From a virus (Duplodnaviria; Caudoviricetes), in IMG/VR virus record IMGVR_UViG_3300025392_001125, positions 1 to 30,001 of that record: 30,001 bases of DNA; one strand, 5' to 3'. The notes beneath the pieces were generated by a model, which worked only from the letters and a program-made list of their open reading frames with translations, had not been told where the DNA came from and did not search any database. The translations under genes were made by a program, and so were the position numbers. Below are positions 10,118-17,242 of this stretch, in pieces (within the stretch, counting starts at the first letter, position 1; every line of letters begins with the position of its first letter).

Positions 10118-10624
10118 ATGCCATCACCAGAAGAAATTGCAGCAGCAAAAAAAGTTTTAGGCCTTAAGGCTAATCCCGCAAGTCGATCGGAGGATATTGT
10201 AAACGCTAAAAAAGAGTTTATTGTAAAGAAGACACAAGCAGCAAAAGCAGCTCTCAACTCTTCTAACCCAGAAGATCAAATTGAAGCAGCTTCAGAGGCT
10301 GGTGAAGAGGGTACACATCCTGAAGATTGTAAGTGCACCGATTGTGTACAACATCCTACAGGTTGTAAATGTGGTTGTCATGATGAAGATGCTGAAGCAA
10401 AATCACATTCCTGGAGTCCATCTTGTGATTGTCCTAAGTGTCAGGCAGCCTATGCAAGAGAAAACGAACGTCGTAGAAAAGCCGGTCTTTCTCACGAATC
10501 TACACAGATTACTAACTTTATTAAGGCATTATCTCAAAAAAATTACTCCGCTGCCAATAAATATTTACAAGGCGTAGTTGAGGGTAAATTAAAGCGCTCA
10601 ATCAGCAAGGCCTACAATAAATAA
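10118..10624 (+). CDS. Putative prohead core protein with Cys/His-rich insert
   Basis: Lies between gp21 and gp22; charged and helical; contains CKCTDC, CKCGCH and CDCPKC. Confidence 0.55.
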   Translation: MPSPEEIAAAKKVLGLKANPASRSEDIVNAKKEFIVKKTQAAKAALNSSNPEDQIEAASEAGEEGTHPEDCKCTDCVQHPTGCKCGCHDEDAEAKSHSWSPSCDCPKCQAAYARENERRRKAGLSHESTQITNFIKALSQKNYSAANKYLQGVVEGKLKRSISKAYNK

Positions 10625-10629
10625 TTTAT

Positions 10630-11514
10630 ATGGAAAAAAACATCTCTCAAGTTCTTAAGGAAGCAACAAAAGATATCCTCACAGAGGACGTACTGAATGA
10701 AATTCAGGCGGCGTTTGAAGCTTCAGTAAATGAAAAAGTAGCTCTCCACGTTGAGAAAGCTCTTAATGAACAGGATGAAGATTATAGTAAGAAGCTCGAG
10801 ACTCTTCTCGAAGCTATCGATGCCGACCATACAGCTAAGCTTAACAAGGTTGTTAAGGCTTTAGACACTGATCGCGCTAACAAGCTTAAGATGGTAGTTG
10901 AGAAGTATGAAGCTGCTCTTACCGCTGAAGCAAATAATTTCAAAGATACATTAGTAGAACAGGTAAGCAATTATCTTGATCTCTATCTTGAAGAAAAGGT
11001 ACCTACTGTCCAAATCCAGGAGGCTGTAAACAACAAGCGTGCAATTTCAGTATTAGCTGATATTCGTAACATGCTTTCAGTTGATATGGCACTCGCTCAG
11101 GAGTCAATCCGCGATGCGGTTGTAGATGGTAAGACCAGAATTGATGAAGCTGCTGGACAGCTTGAAGTCGCTAATAAGCGTGTCTCCTCATTAACCGAGG
11201 AACTAAACAAAGTAAAATCAGCTCTTGTTCTCGAGCAGAAGGTTTCTTCTCTCGATGAAGACAAGCAGAGATACATGAAGAAAATGCTTGCTAATAAGTC
11301 AGCAAAATTCATCGCTGAAAACTTTGATTACACTCTCGGTTTATATGAAAAGACCGAAGAAGAGCGACTCAACAACCTCATGAATGAGGCGATCGTTGAA
11401 ACTGTAGCATCTACAGTTGATCGTCCAGTCATCGAGGAATCCGCTGCAGCTCCACAACAAAATACAGACGCTCCGTTATTCAACGTCTACATGTCCGAGC
11501 TCGGCAAATATTAA
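10630..11514 (+). CDS. gp22: Prohead core scaffolding protein
   Basis: Acidic coiled coil, AFEASVNEKV and LVEQVSNYLD motifs, YMSEL C-terminus, immediately upstream of gp23. Confidence 0.88.
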   Translation: MEKNISQVLKEATKDILTEDVLNEIQAAFEASVNEKVALHVEKALNEQDEDYSKKLETLLEAIDADHTAKLNKVVKALDTDRANKLKMVVEKYEAALTAEANNFKDTLVEQVSNYLDLYLEEKVPTVQIQEAVNNKRAISVLADIRNMLSVDMALAQESIRDAVVDGKTRIDEAAGQLEVANKRVSSLTEELNKVKSALVLEQKVSSLDEDKQRYMKKMLANKSAKFIAENFDYTLGLYEKTEEERLNNLMNEAIVETVASTVDRPVIEESAAAPQQNTDAPLFNVYMSELGKY

Positions 11515-11527
11515 TTTATACGGATTT

Positions 11528-11574
11528 AAAGGAAAAAGTTTTTCCTTTTCTTGTTGAGGGATTTTTTTATCCCT
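11528..11574 (+). promoter_or_regulatory. Two adjacent inverted repeats in the gp22-gp23 intergenic region
   Basis: AAAGGAAAAA-G-TTTTTCCTTT (11528-11548) and AGGGAT-TTTTTT-ATCCCT (11557-11574), the second overlapping CCTAAATA. Confidence 0.55.
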
Positions 11575-11617
11575 AAATAGAAAATAAGGTCGACAAAAAG
11601 AAAGAAATTTTACAATT

Positions 11618-13198
11618 ATGTCAAATATTCGTCCCTCACAGTCTTACATCGATGTAAATCGTGCTAATGCGTTGCTTGAGAAGTGGAACCCAGTTCTTAA
11701 CTATACTTCAGACAACGTTGCAGCAATCGAAGACGATCACACACGCCTCAATACCGCCATCCTTCTTGAAAACCAAGAGCGCTGGTGCTTTGAAGCAGCT
11801 GCTGGTGACCTTGCTGGTGGTTCATCTAGTTCCTTTAGTAACTTTGGTGGTTCTAATTACGGAGCTGCAAGTATCTCAGTAAACGGCCAGACAGCGTACG
11901 CATCACAACCCGGTTCATACGGCAATCAGTTCCCATCACAGAACGACGCTGCATATGCTCCTGGCGATGCTCGTCTTCCTAAGATCCTCATTCCGATGAT
12001 TAGACGTACATTCCCTGAGTTGATCACTAACGAAATCGTTGGTGTTCAGCCAATGAGTGGTCCAGTAGGTCTCGCCTTCGCACTTCGTTATAAGTACGAT
12101 GGTCAAGCTCTTGGTTGGGGTAACAATACTGGTATTGATGGTTCCCTCACAGGTGCCGCGAACCAGTACACAAGTACTGCAGCCTTGACTTCTGACAGTA
12201 AGGAACTTGGTTATCAATATCTAGATTCACGCTTCACAGGTGCTTCTTCGGCAGCACTTTCTGGTGATAGTACAAGCTATTTCCCAATGATGGCGCAAGA
12301 TCAAGGTGTTGCCCAGCTCCTCAGTCAGTTTGAGTTAACAAGCAATATTCCTCAGATCGTTGTTTCGTTCGAAAAGACAGCAGTTGAAGCCGGTACACGC
12401 CGTCTCGCAGCTCGCTGGTCTGTCGAGCTTGAGCAGGATCTTAAGAACATGAATGGTATCGATATCGATACTGAGCTCACAAACGCTATGTCGTATGAGC
12501 TTCAGGCCGAAATCGACCGTGAAATGATCATCCGCATGGTTCAGACAGCTCTAAACGCCGGTTTCGGTGCTGGGTTCTCAGTCTGGTCACCAGCTTCCGC
12601 TGATGGTCGTTGGCTTGTTGAGCGTAATCGTGACTTCTATCAGCGCCTCATCATCGAGGCTAATCGTATTGCCGTACGTAACCGTCGTGGTGCAGCTAAC
12701 TTCATCGTTGGTACACCTCGCGTTTGCGCTATCCTTGAGATGCTCCCTGAATTCCAGTGGGCACCTGTACAGGGTAATGTCAATACACAGCCCGTTGGTG
12801 TTGCAAAGGTTGGAAGTCTTGCAGGTCGTTTTAACGTCTATCGTGATACCCGTACTGAAGCTCAGTACGAAGCTAGTTTCGGCGGCAATCTTGCCGGTGC
12901 AAACGGCTTCCCTGGCAACAGTGCCGGTGGTAATTACACACGTACAAAGCGTCTTGACTACGCCCTCCTCGGCTACAAGGGTCCTGAATTCTATGATACA
13001 GGTATCATCTACTGTCCATACATCCCAGTTATGGTTCAGAGAACTATCGGTCCTAACGATTTCTCACCACGTGTTGGTCTCCTCACCCGTTACGGTGTGG
13101 TCGACAACATCTTCGGTGCAAATCTTTATTACCACGTCATCATCCTTCAGGGTCTTGGCCAGGCCTTCACACCTGCCACTCAGTCCGTCTACTTCTAA
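11618..13198 (+). CDS. gp23: Major capsid protein
   Basis: LLEKWNPVL, AILLENQ, LIPMIRRTFP, GVQPMSGPVGLAFALR, ELEQDLK, EIDRE and YCPYIP...FSPRVGLLTRYG match T4 gp23. Confidence 0.98.
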   Translation: MSNIRPSQSYIDVNRANALLEKWNPVLNYTSDNVAAIEDDHTRLNTAILLENQERWCFEAAAGDLAGGSSSSFSNFGGSNYGAASISVNGQTAYASQPGSYGNQFPSQNDAAYAPGDARLPKILIPMIRRTFPELITNEIVGVQPMSGPVGLAFALRYKYDGQALGWGNNTGIDGSLTGAANQYTSTAALTSDSKELGYQYLDSRFTGASSAALSGDSTSYFPMMAQDQGVAQLLSQFELTSNIPQIVVSFEKTAVEAGTRRLAARWSVELEQDLKNMNGIDIDTELTNAMSYELQAEIDREMIIRMVQTALNAGFGAGFSVWSPASADGRWLVERNRDFYQRLIIEANRIAVRNRRGAANFIVGTPRVCAILEMLPEFQWAPVQGNVNTQPVGVAKVGSLAGRFNVYRDTRTEAQYEASFGGNLAGANGFPGNSAGGNYTRTKRLDYALLGYKGPEFYDTGIIYCPYIPVMVQRTIGPNDFSPRVGLLTRYGVVDNIFGANLYYHVIILQGLGQAFTPATQSVYF

Positions 13199-13225
13199 GA
13201 AGTATTCAGATCAAAAGGTCACAAC

Positions 13226-13259
13226 GAAAACCCGGTCGAAAGACCGGGTTTTCCCTTTT
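13226..13259 (+). terminator. Rho-independent terminator after gp23
   Basis: 12 bp stem GAAAACCCGGTC/GACCGGGTTTTC with GAAA tetraloop, followed by a T-rich tract. Confidence 0.9.
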
Positions 13260-13304
13260 ATATATGTGTAAAAAAAGGTAGCTATGAAGAATAAATATTA
13301 GTAT

Positions 13305-13850
13305 ATGGCATACGAAACACTTCTTACTGTTACACCATTAACAGCTACACTTCCACTTTATACCTTCTCTTCCGGCACTTCTGGTGTAAGTGCAGTTATT
13401 GGACTTAATATTAGCGGTACTACATTAGGAAATTATCTCTCTGATGATGATTCAAAGCTTTACATTCAAACAGTATTTGCTCCGTCATTAAGTGCATTAA
13501 GTGCTACTACACCTACTAGTATCTATCTTACTTTGAGTTCAGCTTCAACTATTCCCTCAACAGTTAACTATATTGGTTCCTTAGTAAGTTCAACGATTAA
13601 TACTACTGTTTCAACAGTTACATTTGCAATTAACTTCCCTGTATCAAATGATGCAGATAACGTTAATTTAACAAATACTGTGTTGTATCTCTCTGGTAAT
13701 TCATCTGCAATTAACTTCGATCCGACAAAAAATTCAACATTAGACAATTTCTTCTTTGCTTCTACAAACCCTGGTGAAAATTCATCAAATTCACCAAACG
13801 CTGTTCGTACTACAGCCGGTCATTCACGCTTAGTAGCTTACCGCGGATAA
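13305..13850 (+). CDS. Ser/Thr-rich late protein, possible capsid decoration protein
   Basis: AATAAATA promoter at 13290-13297; very S/T-rich; lies directly after gp23. Function inferred from position only. Confidence 0.5.
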   Translation: MAYETLLTVTPLTATLPLYTFSSGTSGVSAVIGLNISGTTLGNYLSDDDSKLYIQTVFAPSLSALSATTPTSIYLTLSSASTIPSTVNYIGSLVSSTINTTVSTVTFAINFPVSNDADNVNLTNTVLYLSGNSSAINFDPTKNSTLDNFFFASTNPGENSSNSPNAVRTTAGHSRLVAYRG

Positions 13851-13872
13851 TACATTCACAATATTAAAAAAT

Positions 13873-13901
13873 AAAAAAGCGCACCTAGGTGCGCTTTTTT
13901 T
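13873..13901. terminator. Bidirectional terminator between convergent operons
   Basis: Perfect palindrome AAAAAAGCGCACCTAGGTGCGCTTTTTT. Confidence 0.9.
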
Positions 13902-13925
13902 GTGTGTTTAATTTATTTTAAATGA

Positions 13926-14918
13926 TTACTGACCCATTGCCTTAATGGTATATGTATTAGCATCAATAAGATTGCTTGGAAGCAATTCGGGTTTACTTGC
14001 TCTTACTGGATTAATATCAAGAGATCCACGTCGTGAATATAGAAGCGTCACACAACAATCCTCCACATCAGGATGACTCATAATACTCTTGTAGAGTTTT
14101 TCAGCACAGAACTCGTGAAATTCATTAACTTCTCTTAGAGAAACAATTTGCTTAAAGAGCGAAACAGGATCAACTGCCATACCGTTCTTAGAGACAATAT
14201 GAATATAAGCTGCACCGGTGTCCTTCTGCTTTGTATGACGGCATCGTGATCTCAAGGCATTGGTAAAATACTTTGATGATACCTTCTCATTATCTTCAGG
14301 ATGAAGCTTAACAAACTTAAGATGATCGGTATTAGATAAATAATCAGTAATCTCAACATCTTTAGCAATATCAAGGAGCTCCCAATAAAGATCTCTATAC
14401 TCTTCATCAAGAGGAAGCTTACCATACTTGTCACCACCTGACGGGAAGAATACAACATCTACTCGTGTCTGCAATACTTTAGCAAGATCATTAGCGATCT
14501 GCTGCTCATAGTTAGCAATTGCCTCTGCAGGTGTCTCACCCATCTTACACATATCAAATGAATTAAGATAAAGCTTAGCAGACTTTGACTCCACCATAAA
14601 CTCAGAACTCGAAGGATATGTGATCTTAAGAGTACCAGCGATTGGGTAGCCGTTGTTAAGAAGAAAAGTAGCTTCATGGCAATGCCATACATCACCACCT
14701 ACAAACTCATTACCAATAATACCGTGGTCCTGACGAGCAAGAACTCTCGGCATTGGATTAAGAAGTGACGGGTCGAATTGTTCTGTATAAATAGCATATG
14801 ATGCCGAGGAACCAAGAGACTTGGATGCGAAGTCATTCATACTAGCCTGAACCTGAGGCTGAGGTGTTGGTTGTCTATGAGGTTCTTTTCCGAATACGCG
14901 TGATGTGGAGTTTGACAT
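13926..14918 (-). CDS. queF: Bimodular NADPH-dependent 7-cyano-7-deazaguanine (preQ0) reductase
   Basis: QueF motif VESKSAKLYLNSF; LRSRCRHTKQKD with the catalytic Cys/Asp; EFHEFCAE; YSRRGSLDINP.R; FDPSLLNPMPR and GGDVW near the N-terminus, as in E. coli-type QueF. Confidence 0.93.
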   Translation of the reverse strand: MSNSTSRVFGKEPHRQPTPQPQVQASMNDFASKSLGSSASYAIYTEQFDPSLLNPMPRVLARQDHGIIGNEFVGGDVWHCHEATFLLNNGYPIAGTLKITYPSSSEFMVESKSAKLYLNSFDMCKMGETPAEAIANYEQQIANDLAKVLQTRVDVVFFPSGGDKYGKLPLDEEYRDLYWELLDIAKDVEITDYLSNTDHLKFVKLHPEDNEKVSSKYFTNALRSRCRHTKQKDTGAAYIHIVSKNGMAVDPVSLFKQIVSLREVNEFHEFCAEKLYKSIMSHPDVEDCCVTLLYSRRGSLDINPVRASKPELLPSNLIDANTYTIKAMGQ

Positions 14919-14920
14919 AA

Positions 14921-15472
14921 TTATTGTAATTTTATTTTAATAGCTTCCATTCGTTCTTCAACTGTTCCTTTTAGTTTTACAATCTTATCTTTCAACAAAT
15001 AATCATATCTCTTTATTACATGTTCAAATGTCGTAATCATATTAAATCGAAAATCCTTATTCATACTTCTCTCTCCATCATCAATTAACTCAATATCATA
15101 CGGGTCAGTATAGAATATAACATCATACATTGTAATAAGCTTCTCAAATACATGCTTACTAAAATCAAAAACCCATGCAGGTACAGTACCTTCTAGATGG
15201 AGATACCCGGTATAACAAACTCCATCAAGAATACAGCGGTCAAATATAGCTCCCTTTGTCTCCCTAAATCTCAGTACATTCTCAATATGTTTATTAATGA
15301 TCAAGCATTGAGTTAGACCTGTACCTTCTTCATTAATCGGAACATTAAACTCACGCTTTACTAGTCTTGTAACTTCTTCTACAAATTCAAAACGATCACC
15401 GTAATACTCTTGACAAGCTTTCAATAACGTACTTTTACCACTAGACTGAACACCTGAAAAACTTATTAACAT
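14921..15472 (-). CDS. P-loop nucleotide-monophosphate-kinase-like protein (AAA_28/NadR/TMK-like)
   Basis: Walker A GVQSSGKST, IFDRCILD (DR motif), YDVIFY and DDGER lid region. Confidence 0.8.
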   Translation of the reverse strand: MLISFSGVQSSGKSTLLKACQEYYGDRFEFVEEVTRLVKREFNVPINEEGTGLTQCLIINKHIENVLRFRETKGAIFDRCILDGVCYTGYLHLEGTVPAWVFDFSKHVFEKLITMYDVIFYTDPYDIELIDDGERSMNKDFRFNMITTFEHVIKRYDYLLKDKIVKLKGTVEERMEAIKIKLQ

Positions 15473-15487
15473 ATTATTAGTATATTA

Positions 15488-15835
15488 TTACTTCGCCCAT
15501 TTGCCACGATTAACAATCTCTGCAATAATGCTATAAACAGAGGCATCAAGAAATGCATCAAAGACTGATTCGTTTGCTGACTCAAGACTATTCTTTCTAA
15601 GTACGAGATTAATCAAACGCTGTAATTTATCATTAAGTCTTACAACAATTGCTGAAATTGAAGCCTTTCTCTCTTCTGCTGTATTAAGAGAAGAACCGAG
15701 TGAAATATTACCTGGACCGTAATCAAATTGCTTCTTACAGAATGTAAGATAGTGTTCTTGTTGAATCTTTTTAAACTCAGCACATGTTGCTGGATACTGA
15801 GTTTCAATTGTTTTTACGATTTCGTCTATACTCAT
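15488..15835 (-). CDS. Nucleotide-modification-associated helical protein (Nmad1/DUF1599, all-alpha NTP-pyrophosphatase-like)
   Basis: KKQFDYG..N, VRLNDKLQRL.NL and ESVFDAFLD...Y pattern. Confidence 0.75.
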   Translation of the reverse strand: MSIDEIVKTIETQYPATCAEFKKIQQEHYLTFCKKQFDYGPGNISLGSSLNTAEERKASISAIVVRLNDKLQRLINLVLRKNSLESANESVFDAFLDASVYSIIAEIVNRGKWAK

Positions 15836-16397
15836 ATTGTTTAAAATTATTAAAAAAGTCGTACCACATTACATACGCCATTGATGCAAGGTTTGCGTAC
15901 ATACGCTCTTCATCTCCATTTAGTATAGCAGTATCAATAGCGTTTGCCATTAAAATCTCACCATCATCTACTACCGGTGTCACTCTATGTATAACACATC
16001 CAATATAGCGATGCTTGGCTTCAATCGCTCTTGTTTGTGGGTCCTTGCCTTTGAGCTCTGGATACTGAGTAATAAGTCCAGGATGAAGATTATATATCTC
16101 ATATTTCTTACAGATTTCTTCTGGCATAATACGAAGATATCCATTTAGTGTAATAATAGGATTTTTAAATTTCTTTAAAGCTTTCTTATAATCTTTTACT
16201 GTCGGATTCTTTGGCAGAACTATCCAGTTAAGCTCACCGTCATCTTTATCATTTTTTAAAGGTAAAAACAATCCCTCGTCATCCTGGCGATTTGTAATAA
16301 TCGCATCAGGTTGTCTATTAAAAAATGTTTTAATATTATAAATGGCTTGTCCACTCTGACTAAAAAAGGCAATCCATGGTCTGTTTCCTATCTGCAT
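15804..16397 (-). CDS. PurN-like formyltransferase, candidate preQ1 formyltransferase (DpdN-like)
   Basis: LNGYLRIM, YNLHPGL (N-x-H-P), GCVIHRV...VDDGEIL formyltransferase motifs; overlaps both neighbours. Confidence 0.85.
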   Translation of the reverse strand: MQIGNRPWIAFFSQSGQAIYNIKTFFNRQPDAIITNRQDDEGLFLPLKNDKDDGELNWIVLPKNPTVKDYKKALKKFKNPIITLNGYLRIMPEEICKKYEIYNLHPGLITQYPELKGKDPQTRAIEAKHRYIGCVIHRVTPVVDDGEILMANAIDTAILNGDEERMYANLASMAYVMWYDFFNNFKQYEYRRNRKNN

Positions 16398-17206
16398 AGA
16401 ATCTTTTTAAACATTTTAGTATTGTATTCAATAATTTCCATCTCATCTTTTGTCACTCGATGATCAATGAGATCGGCAAGCTTTGTAGATGGTTTAGTAG
16501 GAAGACCATAATCTGCATCATACTTCATTCCATGAATAGCTGCAACAATTGGATTACTAGTATCACAACTCACAATATTGTGAATATTATGATTGACATA
16601 ATACCTGAATTCTTTAGCTAAAGAGCAACCTAAAAGATGATGAGGCTTATCCCAATTCCAAATACCTTTCTCAATGAGCTGACTAATAAACCGCTGACGA
16701 CCAGTGCACCAACGATCTAGCTTTGTCTTACCTTCGCCTGTTACTTCGTAATACGAAAAGTCAAAACTAATAGCAATCATGTCAGCATTATCAGACATAA
16801 ATTTATAACAATCAATTAGTTCTTGCCAAGCCGTACCTTGAACAGCACCAATTGCTTTTGTTATACAAACATCCTTTACTTTATTAATCCGATCCTCTCT
16901 CTGCCATCTCTCAAAACTATCAATCGTTAGATAGCTATTTTCAAGAACGTCAGGAACAATAAACATATTCGGCTTAAGATCAATAGCCGCATCTAAAAAC
17001 TTATCTGAATCAAAAGCATGACCGAGCTCAAAAATAGAATTATCTAATAGTACTTCTCGATTATAAATTTCACGAGCTGCCTTAAAATATCGGTAATAAG
17101 ATGGATGAGATTCGAATAAATGCACCAAAGCATAGTCAAAATCATTGTAATTAACAGATTCCTGTAAAATGGAAATAGGAGATTCGTGTGAGACCTTTAC
17201 TAGCAT
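16388..17206 (-). CDS. dpdA: TGT-fold deazaguanine transglycosylase-like protein (DpdA family, DpdA3-like)
   Basis: LLDNSIFE, IVPDVL, IGAVQG, HHLLG and SCDTS motifs in TGT/DpdA order; same operon as queF. The start is probably ATG at 17206 rather than 17221, given the promoter position. Confidence 0.7.
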   Translation of the reverse strand: MLVKVSHESPISILQESVNYNDFDYALVHLFESHPSYYRYFKAAREIYNREVLLDNSIFELGHAFDSDKFLDAAIDLKPNMFIVPDVLENSYLTIDSFERWQREDRINKVKDVCITKAIGAVQGTAWQELIDCYKFMSDNADMIAISFDFSYYEVTGEGKTKLDRWCTGRQRFISQLIEKGIWNWDKPHHLLGCSLAKEFRYYVNHNIHNIVSCDTSNPIVAAIHGMKYDADYGLPTKPSTKLADLIDHRVTKDEMEIIEYNTKMFKKILCR

Positions 17207-17212
17207 AACAAT

Positions 17213-17240
17213 ATAATACATGTAAATAATCGTATATCAA
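17213..17240 (-). promoter_or_regulatory. Sigma70-like promoter of the deazaguanine operon
   Basis: TTGATA-16 nt-TATTAT, 6 nt upstream of ATG 17206. Confidence 0.6.
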
Positions 17241-17242
17241 GT

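Noticed and set aside
12567-13271. 234 aa alternate-frame ORF inside gp23, and other short nested or antisense ORFs (e.g. 1187, 6622, 6688, 10281, 11936, 18286, 23081, 27650, 29074-29536)
   Set aside because: They overlap well-supported genes, have no motifs or promoters, and are explained by codon bias of the main frame
15804-16397. purN as an auxiliary purine-biosynthesis gene
   Set aside because: It is translationally coupled within the dpdA-queF operon, the N-terminal GAR-binding loop is divergent (FSQSGQA) and no other pur genes are present
13926-17206. tRNA queuosine pathway (tgt + queF)
   Set aside because: The TGT-like protein is short and lacks the CxCxxC zinc site of bacterial Tgt, and the formyltransferase/kinase/Nmad1 neighbours point to DNA modification. 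Not formally excluded
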